34,663 bases of DNA from Elusimicrobiota bacterium (GTDB taxonomy: Bacteria > CG03 > SLGR01 > JAGXOG01): the NCBI GenBank assembly GCA_051745145.1, contig JBNJDT010000013.1, forward strand, positions 1-34,663, given 5' to 3'. Position numbers and translations under genes: made by a program. Under the pieces are notes generated by a model, which saw nothing but the letters and a program-made list of their open reading frames with translations, did no database searches and was not told where the DNA came from. This document shows positions 1-7,956 of this stretch, in pieces; positions within the stretch are counted from its first letter, which is position 1, and the number at the start of each line of letters is the position of its first letter.

Positions 1-134
1 AAGTTGACATATATATCATTATATTCTGAGATTTTTTAATATCCGGATGCTCAAGTATATTTTTATAAATCTCTCTATCCCAAAGTTTTCTCTTAGATTC
101 GGGGATATTCCGCCGGTTCTTTAATCTTTCTGCT

Positions 135-1439
135 CTATATTTTTTCTTTTTCTGACTCATCACTCTCATTTTTCAAATAGTTAAGATATTTACGAATATA
201 TTTTTCATGCCCTCTTTTTGTGGGTTGATAAAACTTTTCATCGTCAACCATATATTTTTGCTTTACAAAACCGTATTTATAATCATGGGGATACTTGTAA
301 CTGCCGGAGCCGGCTTTAGTAAGATGTTCGGGGATATCGAATGACTCTCTTTTTTCTATATAATTTTGAGCGCTGCTGATCGCCTCATAGGAACGGTTAC
401 TTTTTGGGGCCCCGGCCAGGTAAATGGCAACCTGGGCAAGAATTATTTTAGCTTCGGGCATTCCCACATATTCTACTGCTTCTAAAGCTGAATTGGCCAG
501 TATCAAGCCCCGGGGATCGGCATTCCCTACATCCTCGGAAGCACTTATAGCTATTCTGCGGGCGATAAACCGGGGGTCCTCACCTGATTTAAGCATACGG
601 GCAAGATAATAAACCGCCGCATCCGGATCAGAGCCCCGTATACTCTTTATAAAAGCCGATATCGTATCGTAATGCCGGTCGCCTTTTTTATCATAGTGAA
701 GTTTTTTTTCTCCAATACATTGCTTGATTACTTCCCTGTCAATCTTTTTTCTATTATTTTCTTCACCGGCAACGCTAAGAACTGCTAATTCCAGTATATT
801 TAAGGCATATCTGGCATCCCCTTCAGATACGCTTGCTATACTGTCAAATATTTTTTCTTTTTCAGAAAAATCCAGATTATACTCTCCCAGACCTTTGCCG
901 TTATTCTTAACAGCATTATTCAAGATCTCTTTTATTTCATGTTTTTTTAAGGGGTGGAATCTAAATACGCTGGCCCTGGATAATAGAGGACCGGATATAA
1001 AATAAAAAGGATTTTCAGTAGTGATTCCCACCAGGGTTAACTTGCCGGCTTCCACATCGGGCAGTAGAGCTTCCTGCTGATTTACATTAAACCGGTGGAT
1101 CTCATCAACTATTAAAACAGTCTGTTGACCGCTTTCCAAATTAACTTCTGCTCTTTTTATTACTTCCCTTAATTCAGCTACATTGGAATTAACAGCATTT
1201 ATTTTAATTACCTGGGCTTCGAGCTGATGAGAAATTATATTGGCCATGGCACTTTTACCGCAGCCCGGCGGGCCATACAGGATTATAGAAAAAAGTCTGT
1301 TGGCCTCCAGCATCCTGCGAAGTTTTTTTCCCGGACCTACCAGGTGTTTCTGTCCGACAAAATTTTTTAAACTTTTAGGTTTCATCCTAAAAGCCAGAGG
1401 CCTTTTCTTTTCTAAATTTTTGTTAAAAAGCGTTTCCAT
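135..1439 (-). CDS. rarA: Replication-associated recombination protein A (RarA/MgsA AAA+ ATPase)
   Basis: N-terminal PLAFRMKPKSL..FVGQ.HL, Walker A GPPGCGKS, Walker B VDEIHRF, TTENP, GDAR sensor, HYDTISAFIKSIRGSDPDAA and C-terminal YKYPHDY are RarA signatures. Confidence 0.96.
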   Translation of the reverse strand: METLFNKNLEKKRPLAFRMKPKSLKNFVGQKHLVGPGKKLRRMLEANRLFSIILYGPPGCGKSAMANIISHQLEAQVIKINAVNSNVAELREVIKRAEVNLESGQQTVLIVDEIHRFNVNQQEALLPDVEAGKLTLVGITTENPFYFISGPLLSRASVFRFHPLKKHEIKEILNNAVKNNGKGLGEYNLDFSEKEKIFDSIASVSEGDARYALNILELAVLSVAGEENNRKKIDREVIKQCIGEKKLHYDKKGDRHYDTISAFIKSIRGSDPDAAVYYLARMLKSGEDPRFIARRIAISASEDVGNADPRGLILANSALEAVEYVGMPEAKIILAQVAIYLAGAPKSNRSYEAISSAQNYIEKRESFDIPEHLTKAGSGSYKYPHDYKYGFVKQKYMVDDEKFYQPTKRGHEKYIRKYLNYLKNESDESEKEKI

Positions 1440-1445
1440 AAATAA

Positions 1446-1604
1446 AAAACCCCCGCTCTGCCGCTGTATTGTCCTTTTTCGAGCTTCTTTTAAGCAAGTG
1501 GTTGTCCTGTCCGGACGACCAAGGTCGCTCCGGAACCCGGATTCCCATTATTGTTGTTGTAGACTCAAATCAGACAACCTGTCCGCGAACATCGCAGGGG
1601 TTTT
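1446..1604 (-). ncRNA. ssrS: 6S RNA
   Basis: Lies directly downstream of zapA, the conserved position. Minus-strand ends AAAACCCCUGCGAUGUUCGC...GCGGCAGAGCGGGGGUUUU pair into a long closing stem and resemble 6S termini. Internal helices UUGUCU/GGACAA and UUUGAG/CUCGAA, an A-rich central bubble and a terminal hairpin UCCGGAGCGACC-UU-GGUCGUCCGGA are present. Ends are approximate. Confidence 0.9.
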
Positions 1605-1607
1605 AAT

Positions 1608-1898
1608 CTAAATTACTTCTTCTATTTGTGAATTTAAATCTTTTAATTCTTCTTCTATGTACTTATTATTACCAGTCTTTTGGTCTTTTAGATCTAACAT
1701 TCTGTCAATAATTCTCAAAGCGGAGAACACTAAAATTTTATAACTGTCAACCACGCCGGCACTCTCGATTTCCTCCACTTCATTCTGTAATATTTCAGCC
1801 AATTTTTTTATATATAACGGCTGCCATTCGTCACTGGCAATATTATATTCTCGATTACATATCTCTATTTTCGTTGTTTCGGGTTTATTTTTACTCAC
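1608..1898 (-). CDS. zapA: Cell division protein ZapA
   Basis: 96 aa; IEICNREYNI beta strands, YIKKLAEIL helix and C-terminal coiled coil; pheT-zapB-zapA-6S context. GTG start. Confidence 0.85.
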   Translation of the reverse strand: MSKNKPETTKIEICNREYNIASDEWQPLYIKKLAEILQNEVEEIESAGVVDSYKILVFSALRIIDRMLDLKDQKTGNNKYIEEELKDLNSQIEEVI

Positions 1899-1929
1899 TG
1901 TGATTCTTATCTACAACAATGCGGTATTG

Positions 1930-2178
1930 TTAAATATTAATTTCCTCCAATCTGTTTAACATATTGTCAACTTTATCTTCTATCTGTTCTTTCTGATCAC
2001 GTAATTTTTTGTTTTTTTGAGAAATTTCAGGCAAACTTTTATTCTGATCTTCATAAAAGCTTAGATCCTTTTGCATTCTTTTAATTTCTCTTCTTAATTC
2101 ATTATTTTCTCTGTTTAACTTTTTATACTGCCTTATAAGTTCCTCAATATTTATCTTTAATTTGTTAAAACCTTCCAT
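1930..2178 (-). CDS. ZapB-like coiled-coil cell division protein
   Basis: 82 aa, heptad-rich throughout, ending KVDNMLNRLEEI; sits between pheT and zapA; start overlaps the pheT stop. Confidence 0.7.
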   Translation of the reverse strand: MEGFNKLKINIEELIRQYKKLNRENNELRREIKRMQKDLSFYEDQNKSLPEISQKNKKLRDQKEQIEDKVDNMLNRLEEINI

Positions 2179-4193
2179 TACCCGGCTCTTAAGTAAATAC
2201 CAAATTCCCTTTTAAGTACATTCAAAATTTTTTCCACTTTTTTATTAACTTCCTCTGATTTCAAGGTTCTTTCCCGAGAATTAAATACTAATTTATAAGT
2301 GAGATTTTTCTTCCCGGTTTCAATATTTTTACCGGAATAAACGTCATAAATCTGAACTTCTGTCAATATATTCCCGGCTGTATTTTTAATTTTATCAGAT
2401 ATAGTTTTATGTGTCAATTTCCTGTCTGCTACAAGAGATAGATCCCGTACTATAGACGGATATTTACTCCACGAGCGAAATTTTTTGGAAGTTGCTTTTT
2501 TAATATCCAACTTATCCAAATTAATATACCCCCCGCTGAATTGTTCTTCTTTTAGATTAAATAATTTAAGTAAATCTCTATTTATCTCCCCGAAATATCC
2601 GACTATATTATCTTGACTTATTACAGTCCCCTGTTTATTGTCCTTAAAAATATTATTTTTATTTTCCCGGTAATCAATTGTAAAGTCCTGATTTAATTTA
2701 TTTAAACTTTCCATTACTATGTTTTTAGCTTCAAAAAAGTCTTTCTTAAAACCTAAAAACCCCAGGTGTTCGTCCTGTATGTATTTATCAGCGCGATTTA
2801 CAAATACAGGCCCTCTTTCATAGAAACCCACTATATCGTTTTTTTGATTTAAATTATATCCGGCTATATTTAAAAGGCTATACATAAGAACAGGCCGCAA
2901 AACATTCATTTCTTTATTTATAGGGTTATCTATTTTTATCAAATTTTCTTTCACGGAAGGAGTAATTTTTCCCACCCAGTTGCTGTTTATAATAGTATGA
3001 GTTACGGCTTCCTGGTAACCGGCGCCTTTTAAAATCCCCTCCGTTTCTTTCCGGGGATCCTGCCGGGGATAAAAATTTATATCTATTTCCGTCTCCGGTA
3101 AAGTAGTAACCATACTTTCGTACCCGTGCAGGCGGGCAACTTCTTCAATAATATCCACAGGTCTTTCAACATCCGGTCGATAAGCCGGTACGGTGACTGT
3201 CATTTTCTCTTCTTCAAACTCTGTTTTAAAATTTATGATCTCCAAATATTTTTTTATATCATCTTTCCCCAGATCTGTTCCCAGTAGGTTATTGATTCTT
3301 TCAATCCCCATTTTTACTCTAACCGGCTGACGGGATAGAGTATCGTATTTAAGTTTCCCCGAGGCAGGCTTACCCCCGCATTCGCTTATTATAAGGTCCA
3401 TACACCGGTTTAAAGCCTTCTTTATTCCCTCCGGGTTTACATTCCGGGCAAAGCGATACGAAGCATCCGTATGTACCCCTAAACGCCGGGAAGTTGCCGA
3501 TATCCCGGATGATTCAAAATAAGCAGACTCTAAAAGTATATTCCGAGTACCGGCCGATACTGCAGATTCTTTCCCTCCCATAACGCCGGCTATTGCAACC
3601 GGATCCCGGTTATCAGCTATTACAAGATCCTCATCGGTCAATTCTCGGAGCTGACCGTCTAAAGTCCTGACTTTTTCCCCGTTATCAGCTTTTCTTACCA
3701 CTACTTTATTTCCCTTAATTTTATGGGCATCAAAAGCGTGAAGAGGCTGTCCGGTTTCCAACATTACATAATTAGTTATATCTACTATATTATTTTGGGG
3801 TCTTACGCCGCAGGATTCCAGCCGCTCTTTAATCCAGGGGGAAGATTTTTCTATCTTAACATCTTCAATATACTGCAGATAGTAAGCCGGACACTTTTTA
3901 GAATCTTTAACTTCAACAGAAAATTTACTGTCTGATTCATAATTATTTTTTTCTGCTTTTTTATCCAAACTTTTAACAGCATTTCCGGTAAAGGCACTAA
4001 CTTCCCGGGCTACCCCTTTAATCGAAGCACAGTCCCCCCGGTTAGGGGTAAGTTCAATATCCAGTACGGGTTTACCGTTTACAAATTTTATCTCTTCTAT
4101 TTCCAACCCGATGTTAGTTAAATTTTCAGCTAATTCATCAGGGGATAGATCAAATTCGACAAAATCTTTAAGCCAGTCTATGGGTACTCTCAT
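2178..4193 (-). CDS. pheT: Phenylalanine--tRNA ligase beta subunit (short form lacking the B2 OB-fold)
   Basis: MRVPIDWLKDFV start, ELTPNRGDC, NNIVDITNYVMLETGQPLHAFD, RPDVERPVDIIEEVARLHGY and a C-terminal FDX-ACB domain (YPSIVRDLSL). Confidence 0.97.
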   Translation of the reverse strand: MRVPIDWLKDFVEFDLSPDELAENLTNIGLEIEEIKFVNGKPVLDIELTPNRGDCASIKGVAREVSAFTGNAVKSLDKKAEKNNYESDSKFSVEVKDSKKCPAYYLQYIEDVKIEKSSPWIKERLESCGVRPQNNIVDITNYVMLETGQPLHAFDAHKIKGNKVVVRKADNGEKVRTLDGQLRELTDEDLVIADNRDPVAIAGVMGGKESAVSAGTRNILLESAYFESSGISATSRRLGVHTDASYRFARNVNPEGIKKALNRCMDLIISECGGKPASGKLKYDTLSRQPVRVKMGIERINNLLGTDLGKDDIKKYLEIINFKTEFEEEKMTVTVPAYRPDVERPVDIIEEVARLHGYESMVTTLPETEIDINFYPRQDPRKETEGILKGAGYQEAVTHTIINSNWVGKITPSVKENLIKIDNPINKEMNVLRPVLMYSLLNIAGYNLNQKNDIVGFYERGPVFVNRADKYIQDEHLGFLGFKKDFFEAKNIVMESLNKLNQDFTIDYRENKNNIFKDNKQGTVISQDNIVGYFGEINRDLLKLFNLKEEQFSGGYINLDKLDIKKATSKKFRSWSKYPSIVRDLSLVADRKLTHKTISDKIKNTAGNILTEVQIYDVYSGKNIETGKKNLTYKLVFNSRERTLKSEEVNKKVEKILNVLKREFGIYLRAG

Positions 4194-5206
4194 CAGAACT
4201 GCTCCAAAAATCTTAAATCATTACTGTAGAACAATCTCATATCATTTATATTGTATTTTAACATGGCCAGCCTTTCCACCCCCATGCCAAAAGCAAAACC
4301 CTGCCATTTCTCAACATCCACATCGCAAAAATTAAAAACCTCCGGATCTACCATTCCCGCCCCTAAAATTTCCAGCCAGCCTTTATTAGAACAGGAAGAA
4401 CATCCTTCTCCCCCGCATAAACCACAGGCTATATCCATTTCTGCCGACGGTTCTGTAAACGGAAAATAAGACGGTCTGAACCGGGTAGATACTTTCCGGT
4501 CAAAAAACCTGTCCGCAAATTCATGAAGAACTCCTTTCAAATCAGTAAAAGTAACTTTTTTATCCACCAATAATCCTTCAACCTGATGAAATACAGGGGA
4601 ATGAGAAGCGTCTATTGTGTCCCGCCGATAACACTGACCCGGTGCTATAAATTTATAGGGCGGAGATTTTTTTTCCATGCCCCGCACCTGGACCGGAGAT
4701 GTATGGGTCCTTAACAGGCTGTCCGGCTTTTCCAGATAAAAGGTATCGTGCATATCTCTGGCCGGGTGATCGGCCGGAAAATTTAAAGCTGTAAAATTAT
4801 AATAATTCGTTTCAATGTCAGGACCGTAAGCTACTCCAAAACCCATGGATACAAAAATATCAGTTATATCATTTAATACTCTGGTCAATATGTGCGGAGG
4901 AGAATATTTAATCCTTCCATCGGGCGGTAAGGTGGGGTCGAAATAATCTTTTTGTTTTTTAGACTCCTCAAGTTTTTTGCGGATTGCTTTAACTTTTTGT
5001 TCCAGTTCATTTTTAAAACTGTTCAGTTTCTTTCCCCATTTGGGTTTTAAGGAATCATCTAAATTTTTAAGTTCTTTAAAAAGTTTATTTACTTTTCCGT
5101 TACGCCCTAAGTATTCTATCTTTAACTGCTCAAGGTCTTCAGAACCGGAACAATCTTTAAATTGCCTCAGGGCTCTTGTGCGAATTTTCTTAAATTTTTT
5201 TTCCAT
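4193..5206 (-). CDS. pheS: Phenylalanine--tRNA ligase alpha subunit
   Basis: HPARDMHDTF, LLRTHTSPVQ, FHQVEGL, RFRPSYFPFTEPSAE, GFAFGMGVERLAM; includes a CGLCGGEGCSSC insert. Confidence 0.98.
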   Translation of the reverse strand: MEKKFKKIRTRALRQFKDCSGSEDLEQLKIEYLGRNGKVNKLFKELKNLDDSLKPKWGKKLNSFKNELEQKVKAIRKKLEESKKQKDYFDPTLPPDGRIKYSPPHILTRVLNDITDIFVSMGFGVAYGPDIETNYYNFTALNFPADHPARDMHDTFYLEKPDSLLRTHTSPVQVRGMEKKSPPYKFIAPGQCYRRDTIDASHSPVFHQVEGLLVDKKVTFTDLKGVLHEFADRFFDRKVSTRFRPSYFPFTEPSAEMDIACGLCGGEGCSSCSNKGWLEILGAGMVDPEVFNFCDVDVEKWQGFAFGMGVERLAMLKYNINDMRLFYSNDLRFLEQF

Positions 5207-5472
5207 TATTCCAGCATATCATCCAGATGTTTTTTGGCAAGTTGATGATCCGGATCAATATTAAGAACTTCCTGATATGTTTTCTGCGCCTGCTCGGTAT
5301 TATTCATCCCCTCATACGCAATTCCCATATTATAATAGACTTCAGTTTTTTTTCCCACGTCTAAATCCAATGCTTTAGTATATTCCGCAATAGCCTCTTT
5401 ATATTTTTCGTTTAAAAAATACAGTTTGCCCTGCTCCATATGATTCTCGTATTTTTGCTGTTTCTCACTCAT
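5206..5472 (-). CDS. Small tetratricopeptide-repeat protein
   Basis: Two TPR motifs (GKLYFLNEKYKEAIAEYTKALDLD; YYNMGIAYEGMNNTEQAQKTYQEVLNIDP). One-base overlaps with both neighbours. Confidence 0.85.
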   Translation of the reverse strand: MSEKQQKYENHMEQGKLYFLNEKYKEAIAEYTKALDLDVGKKTEVYYNMGIAYEGMNNTEQAQKTYQEVLNIDPDHQLAKKHLDDMLE

Positions 5473-6158
5473 TAATTCATTTCCCTGAAAGTTTCTATCA
5501 TTTTTTTATTACAAACTATTATTAAAGTATCCCCTTCTTTTATAGTTATTGAAGCCGAAGGAGGAGCGAATATTTTTTCCGTATAATCGGTCTGGCCTTC
5601 CTTATTTAAAAGAGGCTCTTTTCTTTTTATAGCAACTACGTTGGCCTCGTATTTTTCCCTAATCTTTAGATTTTTTAATTTCTTGCCCAAAAATTCTTTA
5701 GGGGCATTAACTTCCACCATAAAAAGACCCGGAGCCAGCGGAATCTCGTTGTATCCGGGCCACAGCAGCCTTTTAGAAACAATTTCAGCTACATCTTTCT
5801 CCGGGTAAACCACATTGTTAGCACCAATTTTTTTTAATACTTTGCCGTGCAGCTTATCCAGCGCTTTAACCATTATTAAGGGAACTTTAAGCTCTTTAAG
5901 CAAAAGGGTTATTAAAATACTTTCCCCCATCTTTTCCCCCACAGAAACAACAGCGCCGTCCACATCGGCCACCCCCAGATCTTTTAAGGCGTTAATATCC
6001 GTAGAATCCGCTTCTACAACGGAGGTAAATTCATTCTCAAATTCTCTAATCTTCTCGGCATCAATATCAATAGCTATTATTTCGCCGCCCTCTTTCTCAA
6101 TAGAGCGGGCCATTGCCGAACCGAATCTACCCAGACCTATTATTGCAAAACTTTTCAT
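5472..6158 (-). CDS. TrkA/KtrA family potassium uptake regulatory subunit (RCK_N + RCK_C)
   Basis: FAIIGLGRFG Rossmann motif, HGKVLKKIGANNVVYPEKD and a C-terminal TrkA_C domain; SD AGGAG upstream. Confidence 0.93.
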   Translation of the reverse strand: MKSFAIIGLGRFGSAMARSIEKEGGEIIAIDIDAEKIREFENEFTSVVEADSTDINALKDLGVADVDGAVVSVGEKMGESILITLLLKELKVPLIMVKALDKLHGKVLKKIGANNVVYPEKDVAEIVSKRLLWPGYNEIPLAPGLFMVEVNAPKEFLGKKLKNLKIREKYEANVVAIKRKEPLLNKEGQTDYTEKIFAPPSASITIKEGDTLIIVCNKKMIETFREMN

Positions 6159-6364
6159 AAATATTTACTCCTAATATAAATTTTAAAAAATAATTATTTT
6201 TTTTCAATTACGCTCTTTTTAATAAACATCTCTACTTATCTAATTTTTCTGACAAATCCCTGAAAATACTTTAAAAGGATTAGCGCAATAATAACTAAAA
6301 TAGCTTAAATTTCCGGTTACTCAAACAGATAAACCTGCAATTTAAAATAACAGGCTATTTCAAA

Positions 6365-6392
6365 AGTATATCTTTTATAACAGAACTGTCAA
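6365..6392 (-). promoter_or_regulatory. Putative sigma70 promoter for ktrA-TPR-pheST
   Basis: Minus strand TTGACA (6392-6387), 16 nt spacer, TATACT (6370-6365), about 200 nt upstream of the ktrA start. Confidence 0.55.
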
Positions 6393-6420
6393 AAATTAAT
6401 ACCTCATTACACCGTAAAAC

Positions 6421-6723
6421 TTTAGATTTTTTTACAGCAGTAACGACCAAAATTCCATCTATTTTTAAAAGAATACCCATAAAAGTTACAGGTAAGTAGT
6501 CCCGGGTAAAATTTTTAAAACCATAGTCCGGTAATAATAATTAATAAATTTAAAGGGAAAGTGAAAGACTGCATAGCTGCATTATATTTTTTATAAAGAA
6601 AAAAAGACCGGGATGAAAAAATACTACAGAATTTTTCTGTTTACCCCCGATAAAAGATCTGCTTGAATTTAAATTAATGCCACTAAAATAGTTGAGTAAT
6701 ATATCTTTATTATTTTTTTCCAT
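6421..6723 (-). pseudogene. Possible decayed small membrane-protein gene
   Basis: ATG at 6723 opens a 57-codon ORF. Hydrophobic fragments continue in shifting frames (..FTFPLNLLIIITGLWF / KNFTRDYLPVTFMGILLKIDGILVVT..). Weak evidence in AT-rich DNA. Confidence 0.25.
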
Positions 6724-6756
6724 TAAGGCAGCGGATTTTGCGAACTGTAAAAAAGT

Positions 6757-7107
6757 TTATTGAGAATTTTTGGAAAGTTTAACTAGTTCGCTAAAAGCTT
6801 CCGGATCATCCATTGCTATCTGCTGCATCATCCGGCGATCAATTTCTACCTCGGCTTCTTTAAGTCCGTGTATAAATTTCGAATAACTCATATCTCTTTG
6901 CCGGCAGGCGGCATTTATTCGGGTTATCCACAATTTTCTCATTTCCCGTTTTTTGGTTTTTCTGTCACGGGTAGAATACTGCCAGCTTTTTTCCACCTGA
7001 TTCCTGGCATTTTTATAGCGTTTACTCTTAGCATGGCTGTAGCCCTTAGCCTCTTTTAAATATTTTTTATGTCTTTTTTTCTTATTTTTTCCTCTTTTAA
7101 CTCTCAT
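6757..7107 (-). CDS. rplT: 50S ribosomal protein L20
   Basis: MRVKRG, AKGY, RDRKTKKREMRKLWITRINAA, SYSKFIHGLK; follows infC-rpmI. Confidence 0.98.
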   Translation of the reverse strand: MRVKRGKNKKKRHKKYLKEAKGYSHAKSKRYKNARNQVEKSWQYSTRDRKTKKREMRKLWITRINAACRQRDMSYSKFIHGLKEAEVEIDRRMMQQIAMDDPEAFSELVKLSKNSQ

Positions 7108-7109
7108 AA

Positions 7110-7307
7110 TTATTTACCAAGTAACCTCTTTATTTTACTTTTCTTACTCTTGTGTACCATTCTAGGACGGCGAATATCTCTTTTCTTTTTTGAAGATTTC
7201 TTACTCTTAATATGTGCACCACCCGAGCGGTAATACTTCACTTTGCCGCTGGCTGTTATCTTAACTCTTTTTTTTACTCCAGAATGTGTTTTGTTTTTCT
7301 TAGCCAT
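7110..7307 (-). CDS. rpmI: 50S ribosomal protein L35
   Basis: KTHSGVKKRVKITASGKV motif; 65 aa, basic; between infC and rplT. Confidence 0.96.
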   Translation of the reverse strand: MAKKNKTHSGVKKRVKITASGKVKYYRSGGAHIKSKKSSKKKRDIRRPRMVHKSKKSKIKRLLGK

Positions 7308-7838
7308 TTAACTGTTATCCTTTTTATCCGGAACTAACATCACAGACATATAAAAGCCTTCAAATTCCGGTTTATTTTTACACTTAGCAACATCTTTAAG
7401 TTGTTCAATCATGGTCAATAAAATTTCCCTTCCAACTTCCAGATGTTCTTTTTCTCTCCCTTTAAACATCATATTTACTTTTACCTTATGCCCGTCTTTT
7501 AGAAAATTTTTTATTTTACGAAATTTAGTTTTAAGATCATTCTTCCCTATATTAGGTGAAAGTCTCATCTGTTTAAGCTGGGCCGACTTAGTCTTTTTCT
7601 TACTTTCTTTTTCTTTTTTCTTTTTCTCGTAATAGTACTTATTGAAATCCATTATTTTGCATACCGGCGGATTAGCTTTCGGAGCAACTTTTACCAGATC
7701 CAGATCTCTTTCCCGGGCTTCTTTACGAGCTTTTTCTATATCTACAACCCCCAGATTTTCACCGTCATTGCTTACCAGGCGCACCGGTGAAACTCTTATC
7801 TCTTCATTTATACTTAATTCTTTATCTGCTTTAGTTAT
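7308..7838 (-). CDS. infC: Translation initiation factor IF-3 (ATA start)
   Basis: INEEIR..VRLV, DLDLVKVAPKANPPVCKIMD, GHKVKV..MFKGRE. SD AAGGAG (7850-7845) lies 6 nt before an in-frame ATA at 7838, so the start is moved from the ORF-track position 7871. Confidence 0.96.
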   Translation of the reverse strand: MTKADKELSINEEIRVSPVRLVSNDGENLGVVDIEKARKEARERDLDLVKVAPKANPPVCKIMDFNKYYYEKKKKEKESKKKTKSAQLKQMRLSPNIGKNDLKTKFRKIKNFLKDGHKVKVNMMFKGREKEHLEVGREILLTMIEQLKDVAKCKNKPEFEGFYMSVMLVPDKKDNS

Positions 7839-7885
7839 TAATCTCTCCTTTATTTGAATACTGACAAACAAATTTTGTAAGGGTG

Positions 7886-7914
7886 TTTATAGCAAATCCT
7901 TGTAAATATGTCAA
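7886..7914 (-). promoter_or_regulatory. Sigma70 promoter of infC-rpmI-rplT
   Basis: Minus strand TTGACA (7914-7909), 17 nt spacer, TATAAA (7891-7886), with an extended -10 TGn. Confidence 0.7.
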
Positions 7915-7956
7915 ACAATTACGGGGCTTAACCTGTACTGAAATTGTCAACATATA

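Noticed and set aside
1240..1611. 123 aa + strand ORF
   Set aside because: It is antisense to rarA and the 6S RNA, which explain the sequence.
4400..4435. CGLCGGEGCSSC motif in PheS
   Set aside because: This is a known Cys-rich insert common in many bacterial PheS proteins; not novel.
6160..6360. c-di-AMP or other riboswitch ahead of ktrA
   Set aside because: The leader is very AT-rich, and I could not find the conserved ydaO-type motifs or a convincing terminator. An Rfam scan would settle it.
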